From Saccostrea echinata (taxonomy: Eukaryota), in contig NW_026889801.1 of assembly GCF_033153115.1 (NCBI RefSeq), positions 6,200,001-6,264,000 on the forward strand: 64,000 nt of DNA. The letters are read 5' to 3'. The notes under the pieces were generated by a model. That model did not search any database, was not told the DNA's origin, and saw only the letters and a program-made list of their open reading frames with translations. Shown piece after piece: positions 13,201-25,007 of the stretch. Within the stretch, counting starts at the first letter, position 1. Every line of letters begins with the position of its first letter. The translations under genes and the position numbers were made by a program.

Positions 13201-14009
13201 ATCGCACTGTTAACATGATGTATGTGTTAGACTCACAATACAGACAAAGTAATAGTCAGGTTGTGAGATGAACAATAGATCCCTTATATCGTACTTAGAT
13301 TTTTCTGAGACAGCCTTAGTAAATTCGGGGTCATTTGTCTTATTACTAAAATTCTGCTCAAGGGCCATAAAATCTCGAGTATCAGAGTCATTTATCAAGA
13401 CATTTTGAGAGAACCATAGAAAACACCCTCCCCCCCCCCCCCTTTATTTGTCAAATACATATAACACAATCGAAGACAAACTATTCTACGGTTAAGTCTT
13501 CACCAATAACTTCTGATGAAATTTTTGCTTATCCAGTAATTTAAAGAATTTTAAGCATGTTTTGTTTTGTCCCCAAACTAAATAATGCTTTCAACAGGCC
13601 GAAATTCATTTATAATATACTAGTCTGCTTGCATAATATTTCCATCAAAGTTATATGTCTAATTATTCCAAAATGTATGTCAAAAGTTGATTTTAAAGGA
13701 AGATATGACTCAAGCTTAAGGCCACAAAGTTTGTAACTTTAGTTCTTTATTAAGTTCAATGATTTTAATAAATGATATGCAAATATTCCGTTTTCTACTT
13801 TTCATTTGATGTCCTTGAACATTTCCTAGAATAAGGCCATTGTTGATATTTTTGGCGCACCTTCAGCTTTACTGAAGACGTGTATTATATTAGCCAATAG
13901 CTTCTGGTTTAGCTTAGTTCTTGATTAACAGAACACATTTATTGTTTCCGTTCGTGAGAAATATTTTAAGACTCCAGCTTCAATAACGTGCATGGTTCAA
14001 GCCGCTCTC

Positions 14010-14310
14010 AACCATCGGCTCATGCATTTACCTCTGTCGTTGGCTAACATATATCACCGTGTTATGCACAAGAAATGGCGCGTTTCTTTAAATTTATAAT
14101 AATTAAAATCTTACTCTAATGTTTACTTTTACATATGTAAGATACATGTATACATGTATTTACTAAGTTGATCTAGAACTATTTGATTAATCTTAAATAA
14201 TCCTTGGAATATCACTTCTTTTTTTTACTTTCTGTCAAAAATCTTGGAGTGAGCCCATTGCAAAGGTGTCTGAGAGAGGAACGAACAACAACTCTGCAAG
14301 GGAGATTTAA
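14010..14310. repeat. Dispersed repeat (second copy at about 40061-40335)
   Basis: accatcggctcatgcatt...gcacaagaaat...gtcaaaaatctt...agcccattgca..ggtgtctgagagag...caactc is shared with ACAT2 intron 2. Confidence 0.75.
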
Positions 14311-15103
14311 TTCAAGCTTGATATTATTCCTGTAAATTTTATTTATGACACAAGAGCACATAAAATGCATTATTTTCCGTAAAGGTTCATGCATTTCAAG
14401 AGAGCCCTCACACACCTGTCTCGAAATAAGACTTTTGATTATGAACCTACATTTCCACAAACTGGTTACTTTAAGATAATAAATGAAAAATAGTATGTAC
14501 GAATTCAAATAATTTCACAGCAATATAATTCAATTTACTTTAGCAGGATTATACTTTTTGCTATACCATGTTTCAGCCTAAGCAACACACATTTTTGAAA
14601 TATAACTCTATGTATTGTCGAACAGTTTAATTTGACGCGTTGGAATTGCATGGGCATTTTGTATTAAAAACAAGTAACTTTTGAACAATGTTCTTTTCTA
14701 GAAAGCAATCGTTCCTACAACTTTTTGACAAGGTTTAGAATTACTTCTGTTTTCTTTAAAAGTAAATTGTATAAATTCCTACACAGAAAAGACAGAAGAA
14801 AAAATGATATCTAACTACTAAGATAATAAAATGAATTTAATTATTAAAGTCACACAAATATATATACATAACATTACTACAAATAATGATAATATAAACT
14901 GTGGCTAGCAATTTTCTTCAAAGTCTGCATTTGTGAAGGATAACAGATTACTTTTAAAGACTACAAATGTAACATGGACTGAAATCATTTACCCAACATT
15001 TCTATTAAGTATTCACCGATAATCACAAAAATGTTGAAATTTCCTCTTCAAATATTGTGTTTAAAAAACCAGAACGGAAAATCAGTGTGTTTTCTCAGGA
15101 GAT

Positions 15104-17448
15104 CTATAGTTCAGCGGATGCCAAGTAGTAAACTGCTTGTCTTATGCGCATTTTTATACTTTCTGGCAATTTTGAAGAACAATCTGGAAGTTCTACATTT
15201 GCTGTCCTCATTTCTTCTTTTTTATGAACAGCTGCAATCAGATCGTCAAGTTCTGTCTCCATAATATCTGTATCGTGATTATTTAAGATTTTTAAAACAT
15301 GAATATATTGAGCACAGCACTGTTCCTTCGCACTAGTTTTATCGTCTGCTACTTTCTCAGGATTAACTCCGTACAAAATAAGAATAATCAATCTTGCACA
15401 ACATTCCAATTCACCTAATGAAGATTGTACCTGCAAATGCTTTACTGCATTGTAAACTGGGGAACATCCATCTAAATTCAATGTGGAGACATTAACATCT
15501 TTACATTCAAGAAGTGTTAAAATGCATAATAATCTACTGTATCTCGGTTGTTTTGCAGCAATGTTTAGAACGGACTCTCCATCATTATCGTCATTATTTA
15601 ATATTCGCTGACTTTTTTTTCCATCTAAGAGAATCTTCAAAGTTTTTGCACATATTTCATCGGTGTTCTCTGATTTTAGGCAATGATGAAAAACGGTGGC
15701 TCCATTTCTATCCTTATATTTAACCTCTGCTTTGTTTTCAACTAGCTCTTTAACTACTGCTGTTCTTTCTTGTTTTTGCTGCACAGCTAACATTAACGGC
15801 GACATATTAAGATTGTTGCGTGCATTGATATTTGCTTTATCTTTACTCAATTTTACGACTGCTTCTGCCACAGTGCTGTCGGATCTCTCTGACATAATCA
15901 AAAGATGCAAAACTGTGTTCTTTTCTTCATCCTTAAACTCGAGAACTCGTTTCTTTATTTCTTCCATATTATTAAAAAGCATTCCATTCAGTCTTGATAC
16001 TATATTCTCACTTTTAGAACAACATTCGCCATACAAAGAAAGATAAAATTGAAAGTCAGTATTGATTTTATGTTTGCTAAGGATGCAAAACATTTTATCA
16101 ACTAAATAATGATGATTGTTAAGGCTAGCCCAGAACAAAACGGGTAGTTTCACGTTAGAACCCTCATTTTGCAGAGAGAAGAAACTTTTAGTGTCTTTGT
16201 CTCCTTTCTTTTCTAGTTCTTCACAAAAGCAATCTGAAAAAGGTTTCAATTTAAAAACGTTACAGCCGAAAATTTTCGAAAATCTTTTATTAAATGATTC
16301 ATATAAAAATCTCAAGGCAAGTTTTGATATTTGATCCTTTCTCAAAGAAGTGTATTCCTGAGCTTGAATCACATCGAAAGGAAACAAAGGAATGACTTTT
16401 TCGAAGAAATTTTCACAAAAGTAAGCCCCTACTGCCTCATAAACACTGTCGTGTACGAATTTAAACCCTCCTCCTTCGACTGCCATGAAAAATGAACCCG
16501 ACAAGTGCTGCGCATACCTTTTTAAATCCTTGAAATCTAAAGGGCTGAAACTATTAATAAGATCTGTTGATACTGCATTTATAAATTGCCTGCATGCAAC
16601 TTCGCTTTCTAGATTTAACTTTGCATGTGGATCTTGTGTCTTTAAATGCCATTCATACAGGAAAAGGACAAAGAAGAGGGTTTTGGTTTTAGAGGTTTGG
16701 TCGTTATGAACTTCATCTTCAATTTGAATTTTGAGAAATTCAATTGGATGTGAAAAAAATTTAGCACCACGCCTTCTGTATTCCTCTTTACATGCGTATA
16801 AATGGGCACAAAGGGGAAATCCTATAGGCCCCACCGCTTTAAATATATTTGTTCTGAAGTCACGACAATCACCTGGTGGTGAACGCATATGTTTTACTTT
16901 CTCTGCAAACTCAATTTGTTTTTGAAAGATTTCATTTTTTTCTTCGTCGGTTAAAGGATATTTATTTACATATTTCCTATAAGTATCATTAAATACAGGC
17001 GTTATCCTTTTCATAAAGTGACATGCATTTTCAATGACATTTTCTCGAGCAGTAATGATGAGACGCAACTCAATCATAGACTCTTCTTGTGAATTTTGTG
17101 GTCCTTGCTTTAGATAGTTTTCATATATTCTATCAAACCCCTGCCACCAATTTTCTAAATCGTAATTATCAGTTCCATAAAATACATTATCGATAAAGAC
17201 GACAGTCTTTTTATCTGCATTTAAAAGAGTAAATTCTTCCCATGATCCAAATTTTCGTAAATCCCAATTTTCCTTTTCTGCTTCGAATAGCATGTGTATT
17301 GCAGCATTCGTTTTCCCACAACCCGGAGCTCCACTCATAATGACAATATTGTATTTATCCAAGCATAATTTGGCAGATTTGTACATTTCAGTTTCAACGA
17401 AGTAGCGATTGAAAGTCTTGTAGCTTTTCATATATTTTTTCGTCTCAT
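15104..17448 (-). CDS. Terminal exon encoding the STAND-class P-loop NTPase plus ankyrin repeats
   Basis: 775-aa ORF with Walker A IVIMSGAPGCGKT, Walker B VVFIDNVF, sensor-1 LIITAR, GxP motif IGFPLC and winged-helix FKFVHDSVYE. About 5 ankyrin repeats follow (NTVLHLLI, MSPLMLAV, ATVFHHCL, ESVLNIAA, CSPVYNAV). Acceptor tttcag at 17449. Confidence 0.9.
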
Positions 17449-20400
17449 CTGAAATAAATTTGAGAGTAAAGTGATTATAATTAACTTAAATACTACCAAA
17501 ATTTCAAATACCCTTAAAATATATGTAAAAATGCATTTTGTTTGTTTGTTTGTTTGTTTGTTGTTTAACATCCCTCTCGAGAATTTTTCACCTATATGGA
17601 GACGCCGCCACTTGCCTGTGGAGGGCTGCAAATATAGACCTATACTGGCCAATGAGCAATGGTGCCTGCACCTATTGTGACACGGGGCCTCGGTTTATAC
17701 AATCTCCACGTCCCCTAGTGGGATTCGAACCCGCGACTTAAGGATTAACTCCTTACCTCGCAAGCTTAGAGCAAACGCTCTAACCACTGCGCCCCGCGGG
17801 GGACGGTTTTTTATTTAAAACAATTGAATTTACTCTATGTAATAAAACTTTCAAAAAATGTAATCTTTTCTGGCCCAATGGCCCAAAGAATAAGATTTTT
17901 CAAAGATGTCATGAAATTTTCACTAATTCTTAATAATCTCTCCCCTGAAAGAGGTCGTTGCTCTTCATGTTAACAAAATTAAATTTAATTCATATTGACC
18001 TAGTGGTTTTGGAGAAGAAGTTGAAAGTGTGAAAAGTTTACAGACAACTCACGACAGGCAGACAGACGTCGGAAAACTTTCGATCAGAAAACTCACTTAA
18101 GCCTACAGCTCAGATGAGCTAAAACATCTTCACTTCAAATTGTCTGAATACTATTTGCTCTTAAAATTCATTGTATTTATATTTTGAAACTAACCTATGT
18201 TTTCTTCTGCTAACTCTTCCTTTGTCTTTTGCACTATGAATGCTAAGAATTGCAAATTTAAAAGTTCGTTGGTTACAATATTTATTATGTCACACACCAA
18301 GGAAATATACATTTCCATTACACTAACCCGTTTCAAAAACTTATAAAATGTATCCTTCATCCTCTATTTCAATTTGTCTTTATACAATTAAACACATTCC
18401 AAAGAAATTCGGGAAAAAAAATTTGTTCAATCAAATTCTTACTATATTTATCTGTTGCTGTTCCCATTTTTATTTGTCGTCTTGTCATTTTGTCTGGAAA
18501 TGTAAACATTTACACAGTTAACTTAATCACAAAATTAATGAGGGAAATGTAAAAATGAAACAGAATTTTGTATGAGAAATATGGGTTAATTATATTATAT
18601 TTGATTTAACTCATTATTTAAATACTTGCCCTCTAAATCATGCACAACTAAGGGTTTCATTTCCTCTACAAGATAATTAGAAATACATCATTTATTTCAC
18701 CATTTTTCCACAACTAAATCATTGAGATCTTATCATTTCCTTATTGCATAGTTTTAAAGATTAAAAAAACTTCTTTTTTCATTTTTCATTCTTTTTTCAT
18801 TTTTCTTACTTTAATCCTTAGTTTTCAATGACATTCTACATTCAATATTATAAAAATAACCATAAAAAAATTAAAATATGCATAAATACCTATTTCAGAT
18901 TTCGTTTTTTCTTTAGGTTCGTCGGTTTCTTTTTCAGAACCTGTTGCTCGTTTTTTTCGATTTTTCCTCCTTCCTATTTTACACAAAAGTAAACATGTAA
19001 GTAAGTGTGTTTTTTTCTTTGTACAAGAGCAGTAGCTTGAAAACATTTTCTCAATGAGGAGGTATTAAAACTGAATTTGAGATAATTATTGATAGGCTGA
19101 TTACATTAATAAATGACCAGTAAAAGTATGTAATATTTACGCCATAAAAAGGTGAGAAGTAAAGGTATGGCAACCAGTAGAATAATTCCAATAACTGTGA
19201 GGGTAATCCATAATGCCCTGTGAAATATGGGGAACAATTTTTATTTCTATTTAATTCATTTTTAATCAGTTTTAGTTAATTCACATGTGGCATTAATTCA
19301 ATCAAAATCTTACGAAATTTTATTGTCAGTTTCACTGTTCGGCAAGAAATTACTAGGTGATGTACTGCGGCTTCCAGCAGAGGAAATTTCGTTAGTAGTC
19401 GTGTTTGTCAAGACTGAGGGGTGTTTATAACACGCCTGATCTAAAATAGGAATAGAGTTTAACGATTTATGAATAAATACATTTGTTCTTTTTTTTAATA
19501 GCTAATTACCATTTGTCATGATACTTCATGTCCTCCTTCACTGTTTGAGAATAACAACAAACATATTGTGCATTGAAAGTATAAAAAGACCCATCAATGA
19601 TTTCTCAAAATCATGCGCTCGTCATTAAAATGTACACTAAAATTCGTCTGGTTATGCACTTAAATGTCATATTCGAGAATGTAATCCTGTAATTATATAA
19701 AATCTCAAAAAGTCATATAAATAATACATATAATTTATAAATGGAGTTATTACAAACAAAAGCTATGTTCTTACATAAATAAGCTTCAGTTGAACTGTAT
19801 CTTGTTGGACAAGGTGGGTCTAAAACTGTACAATCAGTCTGGTATTGATCTTGTATTCTCGCACCATCGACGTTAAATTCTGCACAATAACCTAAAACCC
19901 ACATAAAACATTTGAATTGGAACATAACAAAAATATATACTTTTCAAATGAACATGAGTAAGATAATTGAATATCGCAANNNNNNNNNNNNNNNNNNNNN
20001 NNNNNNNNNNNNNNNNNNNNNNNNNNNNNNNNNNNNNNNNNNNNNNNNNNNNNNNNNNNNNNNNNNNNNNNNNNNNNNNNNNNNNNNNNNNNNNNNNNNN
20101 NNNNNNNNNNNNNNNNNNNNNNNNNNNNNNNNNNNNNNNNNNNNNNNNNNNNNNNNNNNNNNNNNNNNNNNNNNNNNNNNNNNNNNNNNNNNNNNNNNNN
20201 NNNNNNNNNNNNNNNNNNNNNNNNNNNNNNNNNNNNNNNNNNNNGCTTGCGACATGTTTTTACCATTAATTTTTCTTTCTGGGGCGCACACCTCGATAGA
20301 TTGATTCCTGAAAACATTAATAACGCAATGATATTTGAACTTTTCTGGAACAGCACAACTTTGGTTCTTTGCATGATATGGACAATTTTTTTCTTTGGCA

Positions 20401-20712
20401 GCCTCTTCCATTTCATTCTTGTTACGAGGACAGGTTTCGACTATCTGCATAGTTTCCAGTGACTTGGAGCAATGTCTATCATCAAGGAAAAGACCATCCT
20501 AAAGAAATGTATTTGTAACAGATTACTCTAACTCTCATAATAAAACCATACAAATGTCTGTAAATTTCAAAGTAAAAATCCATTGTCCCAAATTCAGAAA
20601 GAAAAAAAAATTATCTTAACATCTTTAAAGCATATTTACTGCACAATACCTTCACATAAAGTAACAGGATGACAGCAGAAAACCACTGTTTGTGTTGCAT
20701 GGTGTTTACCAT
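15104..20712 (-). CDS. Transmembrane STAND-NTPase/ankyrin receptor (~1060 aa): signal peptide, Cys-rich ectodomain, S/T stalk, TM, nSTAND3-like NTPase, ankyrin repeats
   Basis: Exons 20712-20650, 20498-20264, 19891-19775, 19440-19314, 19217-19141 (TM ALWITLTVIGIILLVAIPLLLTFLW), 18973-18890 (RRRKNRKKR), 18665-18630 (GC donor), 18493-18443, 18242-18195 and 17448-15104 total 3183 nt and join in frame. A 12-nt micro-exon near 18329-18340 is possible. Confidence 0.75.
17540..17800 (-). mobile_element. tRNA-derived SINE
   Basis: On the minus strand: GGCGCAGTGGTTAGAGCG (A box) and GGGTTCGAATCCC (B box), with 3' tail ...GTGAAAAATTCTCGAGAGGGATGTTAAACAAC(AAAC)n. The same tail occurs at 45385-45420. 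Confidence 0.75.
17830..18125 (+). mobile_element. HINE/Helentron-like fragment
   Basis: ggttttggagaagaagttgaaagtgtgaaaagtttacagac...gatcagaaaactcact...agctcagatgagctaaaa terminal hairpin. Related ends occur at about 24400-24510 and 27018-27070. Confidence 0.6.
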
Positions 20713-20944
20713 TTTTAGTTTTCTTTGTAAGAAAAATAATAAGGGTCAATGAGTTAGCATAGGCCGATAAATTATAAAAATATTCCTAATTTAATTCGTC
20801 TAAAAAGAACTGAAAGAATATGAACCAATAACTTTGATATAAATGTATATGAAATAATAGGCATAGTTTTCACAGATCGTAATGATTTGCAATACATGTA
20901 TTTGAAAATTGAATTTAATTCAGTAAAAAATTAAGTTTATATCT

Positions 20945-21135
20945 GGTGTTTCAGTTGAGTACGGTGGCTGGTATAGGACATGGTATGAGATTTTTTTTTA
21001 TTAATTCGTGGCCACGAAATAAAATTCGTGGGAACGAAATAAAATTCCTGGCCACGAAATATAATTCGTGGGAACAAAATAAAATTCGGGGCCACGAAAT
21101 AAAAATTCGTGGCCACAAAATAAAATTCGTGGGAA
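20945..21135. repeat. Repeat element with ~20-bp tandem units (inverted partial copy at 22635-22705)
   Basis: Units aaattcgtgg(cc/ga)acgaaata follow a head gtacggtggctggtataggacatggtatg, whose reverse complement lies at 22668-22700. Confidence 0.8.
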
Positions 21136-21816
21136 TTATATGTACACAATTATATGTACATATAGTGTTAAAATGACAATTTGCCATGGACCCAGTGAGG
21201 GTCTGTCCCATGACACACAGACACAGTTAGATTATTGTGACTGGCCCGCACTGATGAACAACATTATAAATACCCATATATTTAATTTGCATATATATTA
21301 GAAGCAGCTGAAAATTGGTATATGCATTATGAACATAGTCTAGATGTAAAAAAAATAATAATAATAATAATAATAAACTCTCTCTTTTGCTCTGTGCCCA
21401 AAATTAAAACAAAACATTCAAGCCGATTCAATTGACTGTTCTGGAGTTTAAGGCAGTTAAATGATACTTCATCCAAAATGATATCCCAATATCACACCCC
21501 CGCTTTAAATGCGTGTCCTTGTCGCAAAGCCACTGGATGGACTATTGGTAAGAAGATAAATACCGCCTTACGATTTGCAGCTTTATTTCTCGTTGGGTCG
21601 GACAGTATCAAGGACAACGTCCCGATTCCAACTCTCCGAATGTTAACAAAAGTTTGTATTTTAAGACATGACTGCAAATTGACATACTTGATTAACATAT
21701 GGCATGAGTTATTTGATTTACAAGTAGAGTTAAAGATTATATTTTTAAATAAACACTAATTAAGTCACTCAAATGCACAGTTCATCTGGTCATATCACTC
21801 ATAGCTAAATAACATA

Positions 21817-22022
21817 CTGTATACAGGGTTATTTTCGCCCTGTGTTATTTTCGCCCTGTGTTATTTTCGCCCTATCGCACTTGCGAACAATTTTGCCCTG
21901 TTTTAAATTAGCCCAGTCACAGTCCTGTTTAAGAAATGGTACTGTGTATTTTGAATTCGCCCCGTTTTAAATTCGCCCACCTGTGATTAGGGCGAAAGGG
22001 GCGAAAATTTCCCTGTATACAG
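21817..22022. mobile_element. MITE with TA target-site duplication
   Basis: TIRs CTGTATACAGGG and CCCTGTATACAG with TA flanks, and internal ttttcgccc subterminal repeats. Confidence 0.85.
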
Positions 22023-23140
22023 TAATTACATATTTCATAATAGATAATTCTGGAAGATTGAAGCAATTATTACAACTCATTAATTAATAACAGATAAGTA
22101 GAATTTGATAGAGAAAGTATTTAAAGTAATTGTCAAAATGCCCAAAGGTACATTTTCATCTGTGACACTAACCAAATAATAAAACAAACTGAAGGTGTTC
22201 TCATCAGCTTGTCATCATGCTACATGACACAACATGAAGTCCTAACTCATGATTTTTTAGATGATAAAATACACAGGGACAATTTTATATTATTCAAGTT
22301 ATGTATTTTTCTTAACTATAATGACTCTGGTAGTTTTGTTCCTGATATTAGTCAAGGCAAACCGAACATTAATGACTTTATGGGCTTATTTGCTGTTTTC
22401 TCACATTTTCTATTGAATCCTATCACATAGTTGTAATGAAATAAAGACACAAAATCTTAGCATGTTAGGAGTATAACTTCTCATGTGAAACATGTTCTAC
22501 GTATCAGCATCAAATCTCATTGCTCATTACACAAATATCCCGTTGGCTCATTCCAATTGAATGATAATAATATATAAGTGAACTTCGTTCATCTTGAAAC
22601 AGAAGAGGCTAAAATGGCATTATATAGCACAACTTTATTTCGTGGCCACGAATTAATAAAAAAAGAATCATGCCATGTCCTATAGCAGCCACCGTAGTTG
22701 AAAACATTTTAAAGCTGTAATATTTATTTGTATCTTCTTCTTCCATAAATGTGGCCCTCTGATAAGTTTTGTTGTTTGTAGTATATAGGAGTGTCTCGAT
22801 TCTTGTATCCAATAAATGAAGCAATGAGATATAAAAATGCTGTCGAAATGTCTTTTCAAAATACATGTAAATAGTTTGTCATTCATATTATACACATTTA
22901 CTCTTGTTATATTATTTTTAGTTTATGTTTGCATTTTTATAGCTAAATACTTTTTATTTGCTCGGCATTTCTCTACAGTTTTGGAGTCACTTTCTACAAA
23001 GTCGTCATACATTGAGTAAGTAAATGAGAGATTCAACTTTTCTGGGTACAATTATAATCTATAATCAGGAAAAGCGAAGTTCTAAGTATTTATTCTTTTG
23101 TTGGAAAGTGTGCATCACTGATGGAACAACTCTCATCTCA

Positions 23141-23142
<2 letters not shown>

Positions 23143-23220
<78 letters not shown>
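23143..23220. repeat. (TA)n microsatellite
   Basis: Pure TA run. Confidence 0.95.
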
Positions 23221-23227
<7 letters not shown>

Positions 23228-25007
23228 GAATTCAGTATGTATGTAAAAAAAAATTTGCAATTTCTAAAACGAAAGTAGAAATAATGATGCATTATTAGTA
23301 TATCAATAAATTCTTTCATAATTTCGGCTTGCAGCATGTAGTTTTCTAGAAATTGCTCATGTTGATATACATTATATATATATAAACACAATGTGCATGA
23401 AAAGTTCGATTAACTATCTGTAAAAATAACATGTTATTGAAGTTTAACCTACCATTTACCTGGCAGAGGACATTATATGTACCTTCAATGCGCAAACGCA
23501 ACGACCTTTGGTAGAAAGATAATAAAAATAATAGTTACTCTATTAAAATCACAAGAAGACAAAGGTTTTTTATATATATGTTACCAAAATAATATTTGTC
23601 TAAAGTATATTTTATTTGATGTTTTCTGAATTGTATTGAGATTAGAATAAATAACACCTTGCATTCTGACCTACTTTTTGTTAACCCGTCTTGGTTAACT
23701 GGAAAGTACAATCAATTTAAAAATACCCAGGTATAAGATATATCTGTGATGACGGCTTTAAAAGGGTATCTGATATAATGACCTCGTAAGGTATAATTAC
23801 GAACAATTTGTAGCATTAACTAATGTTCATTTTTAACTTATTTTATCACTATATTGTTAAGAAGAGAAACATTGTAGTGAAGTTATCGGAATGAATTTTC
23901 AGTACGTGTAGTTTATTTATTCACAAAAGCTTTTTAATTGACATTTTTATCCAAAAAAAAAAAAACATTTTAATCAAAGCGTCAGTCATATTCATGGGAG
24001 AAATTTATATGACTAGAAATAGTTTAAGTAACAAGAATCTCTAGAGTGCATAGAAGAATGTCAGACGATAATTATTATTATTAATAATAAAATTAACATT
24101 TGACATAAAAAAAAAAAGAATCGCTGTTAATGCTATATTTGCGCAGATAAAAACATTTCTAATTACAAGAGCTGCAACATTTTACTTGTATTTAGAAAGA
24201 AAACATTTTTCCTATCAAAATATTTATCATAACAACATATTGCTCCGAATGAAATATAATGCACTGTATGAAGAAACGTAAATGTCATTTCTTCCTCAAC
24301 TGACAAAGTTATATTAAAAGATGCCAATGATCCATAGCGCTCACGTAAACACCATTTCGTGGTAGATTTAGTAAAAATTGTTTATCTGGTATTGGAGAAG
24401 TTGAGAGTACATGTCTGGAAAAATATTGTACAACAGTTTTTAGACTGATGGACGAAATACATTGATCAGAAAATGTCACTTGAGACTTTGGCTTAGGTGA
24501 GTTTAAAAGAAGCTCAACACAATAAATACTTATTTTTAATCTGATATTTATTTCCCCGTAAATACAATTTTAAATGTGAAGACAGTTGTTCAAATGTTGA
24601 AAATGCAGTCAATATACAATAACCGTACAGCTATCAATGAAATATGCGTAGAATTTTTAAGTCAAACTTATCGCAAGCACTTTTTAATGTTTATTTTCAT
24701 AATTTTGATTAAATAAAAATAATAATAATAATAACAATAATATGTTTTCCAACATTATAATTACTAAATACATGTATTTCCGTTGTAGTCATACTTATTT
24801 TAATTAACGGCATAACATTTGAAAAAGGATAACATACAAATATTTCATTTCAGTTATGTAATTGAAATTAAACCTACGCACTCAATGTTTTAATTGCAAG
24901 TTTCGATGAAAAGGAAGGAATTAAATGAATCGGAAATAAAGCAGTTTAAACATAATGTCACCAAATAATATACAAAATGGATAATTTTAAAATGGACTGA
25001 TAAAATA

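Noticed and set aside
15031-16925. Plus-strand ORFs overlapping the STAND exon
   Set aside because: Antisense shadows with no recognisable motifs.
15104-17431. Bacterial contaminant or recent horizontal transfer of a defence gene
   Set aside because: It has a canonical splice acceptor, in-frame upstream exons, host-like AT content and host repeats in the flanking intron. An ancient origin remains open.
17700-17800. tRNA gene (also at about 228-250 and 50095-50170)
   Set aside because: Only A/B-box remnants attached to SINE bodies; no complete cloverleaf.
23024-23391. YIYIYI-type ORFs (also at 52.2-52.5, 60.6-61.0 and 63.0-63.2 kb)
   Set aside because: Translations of (TA)n microsatellites.
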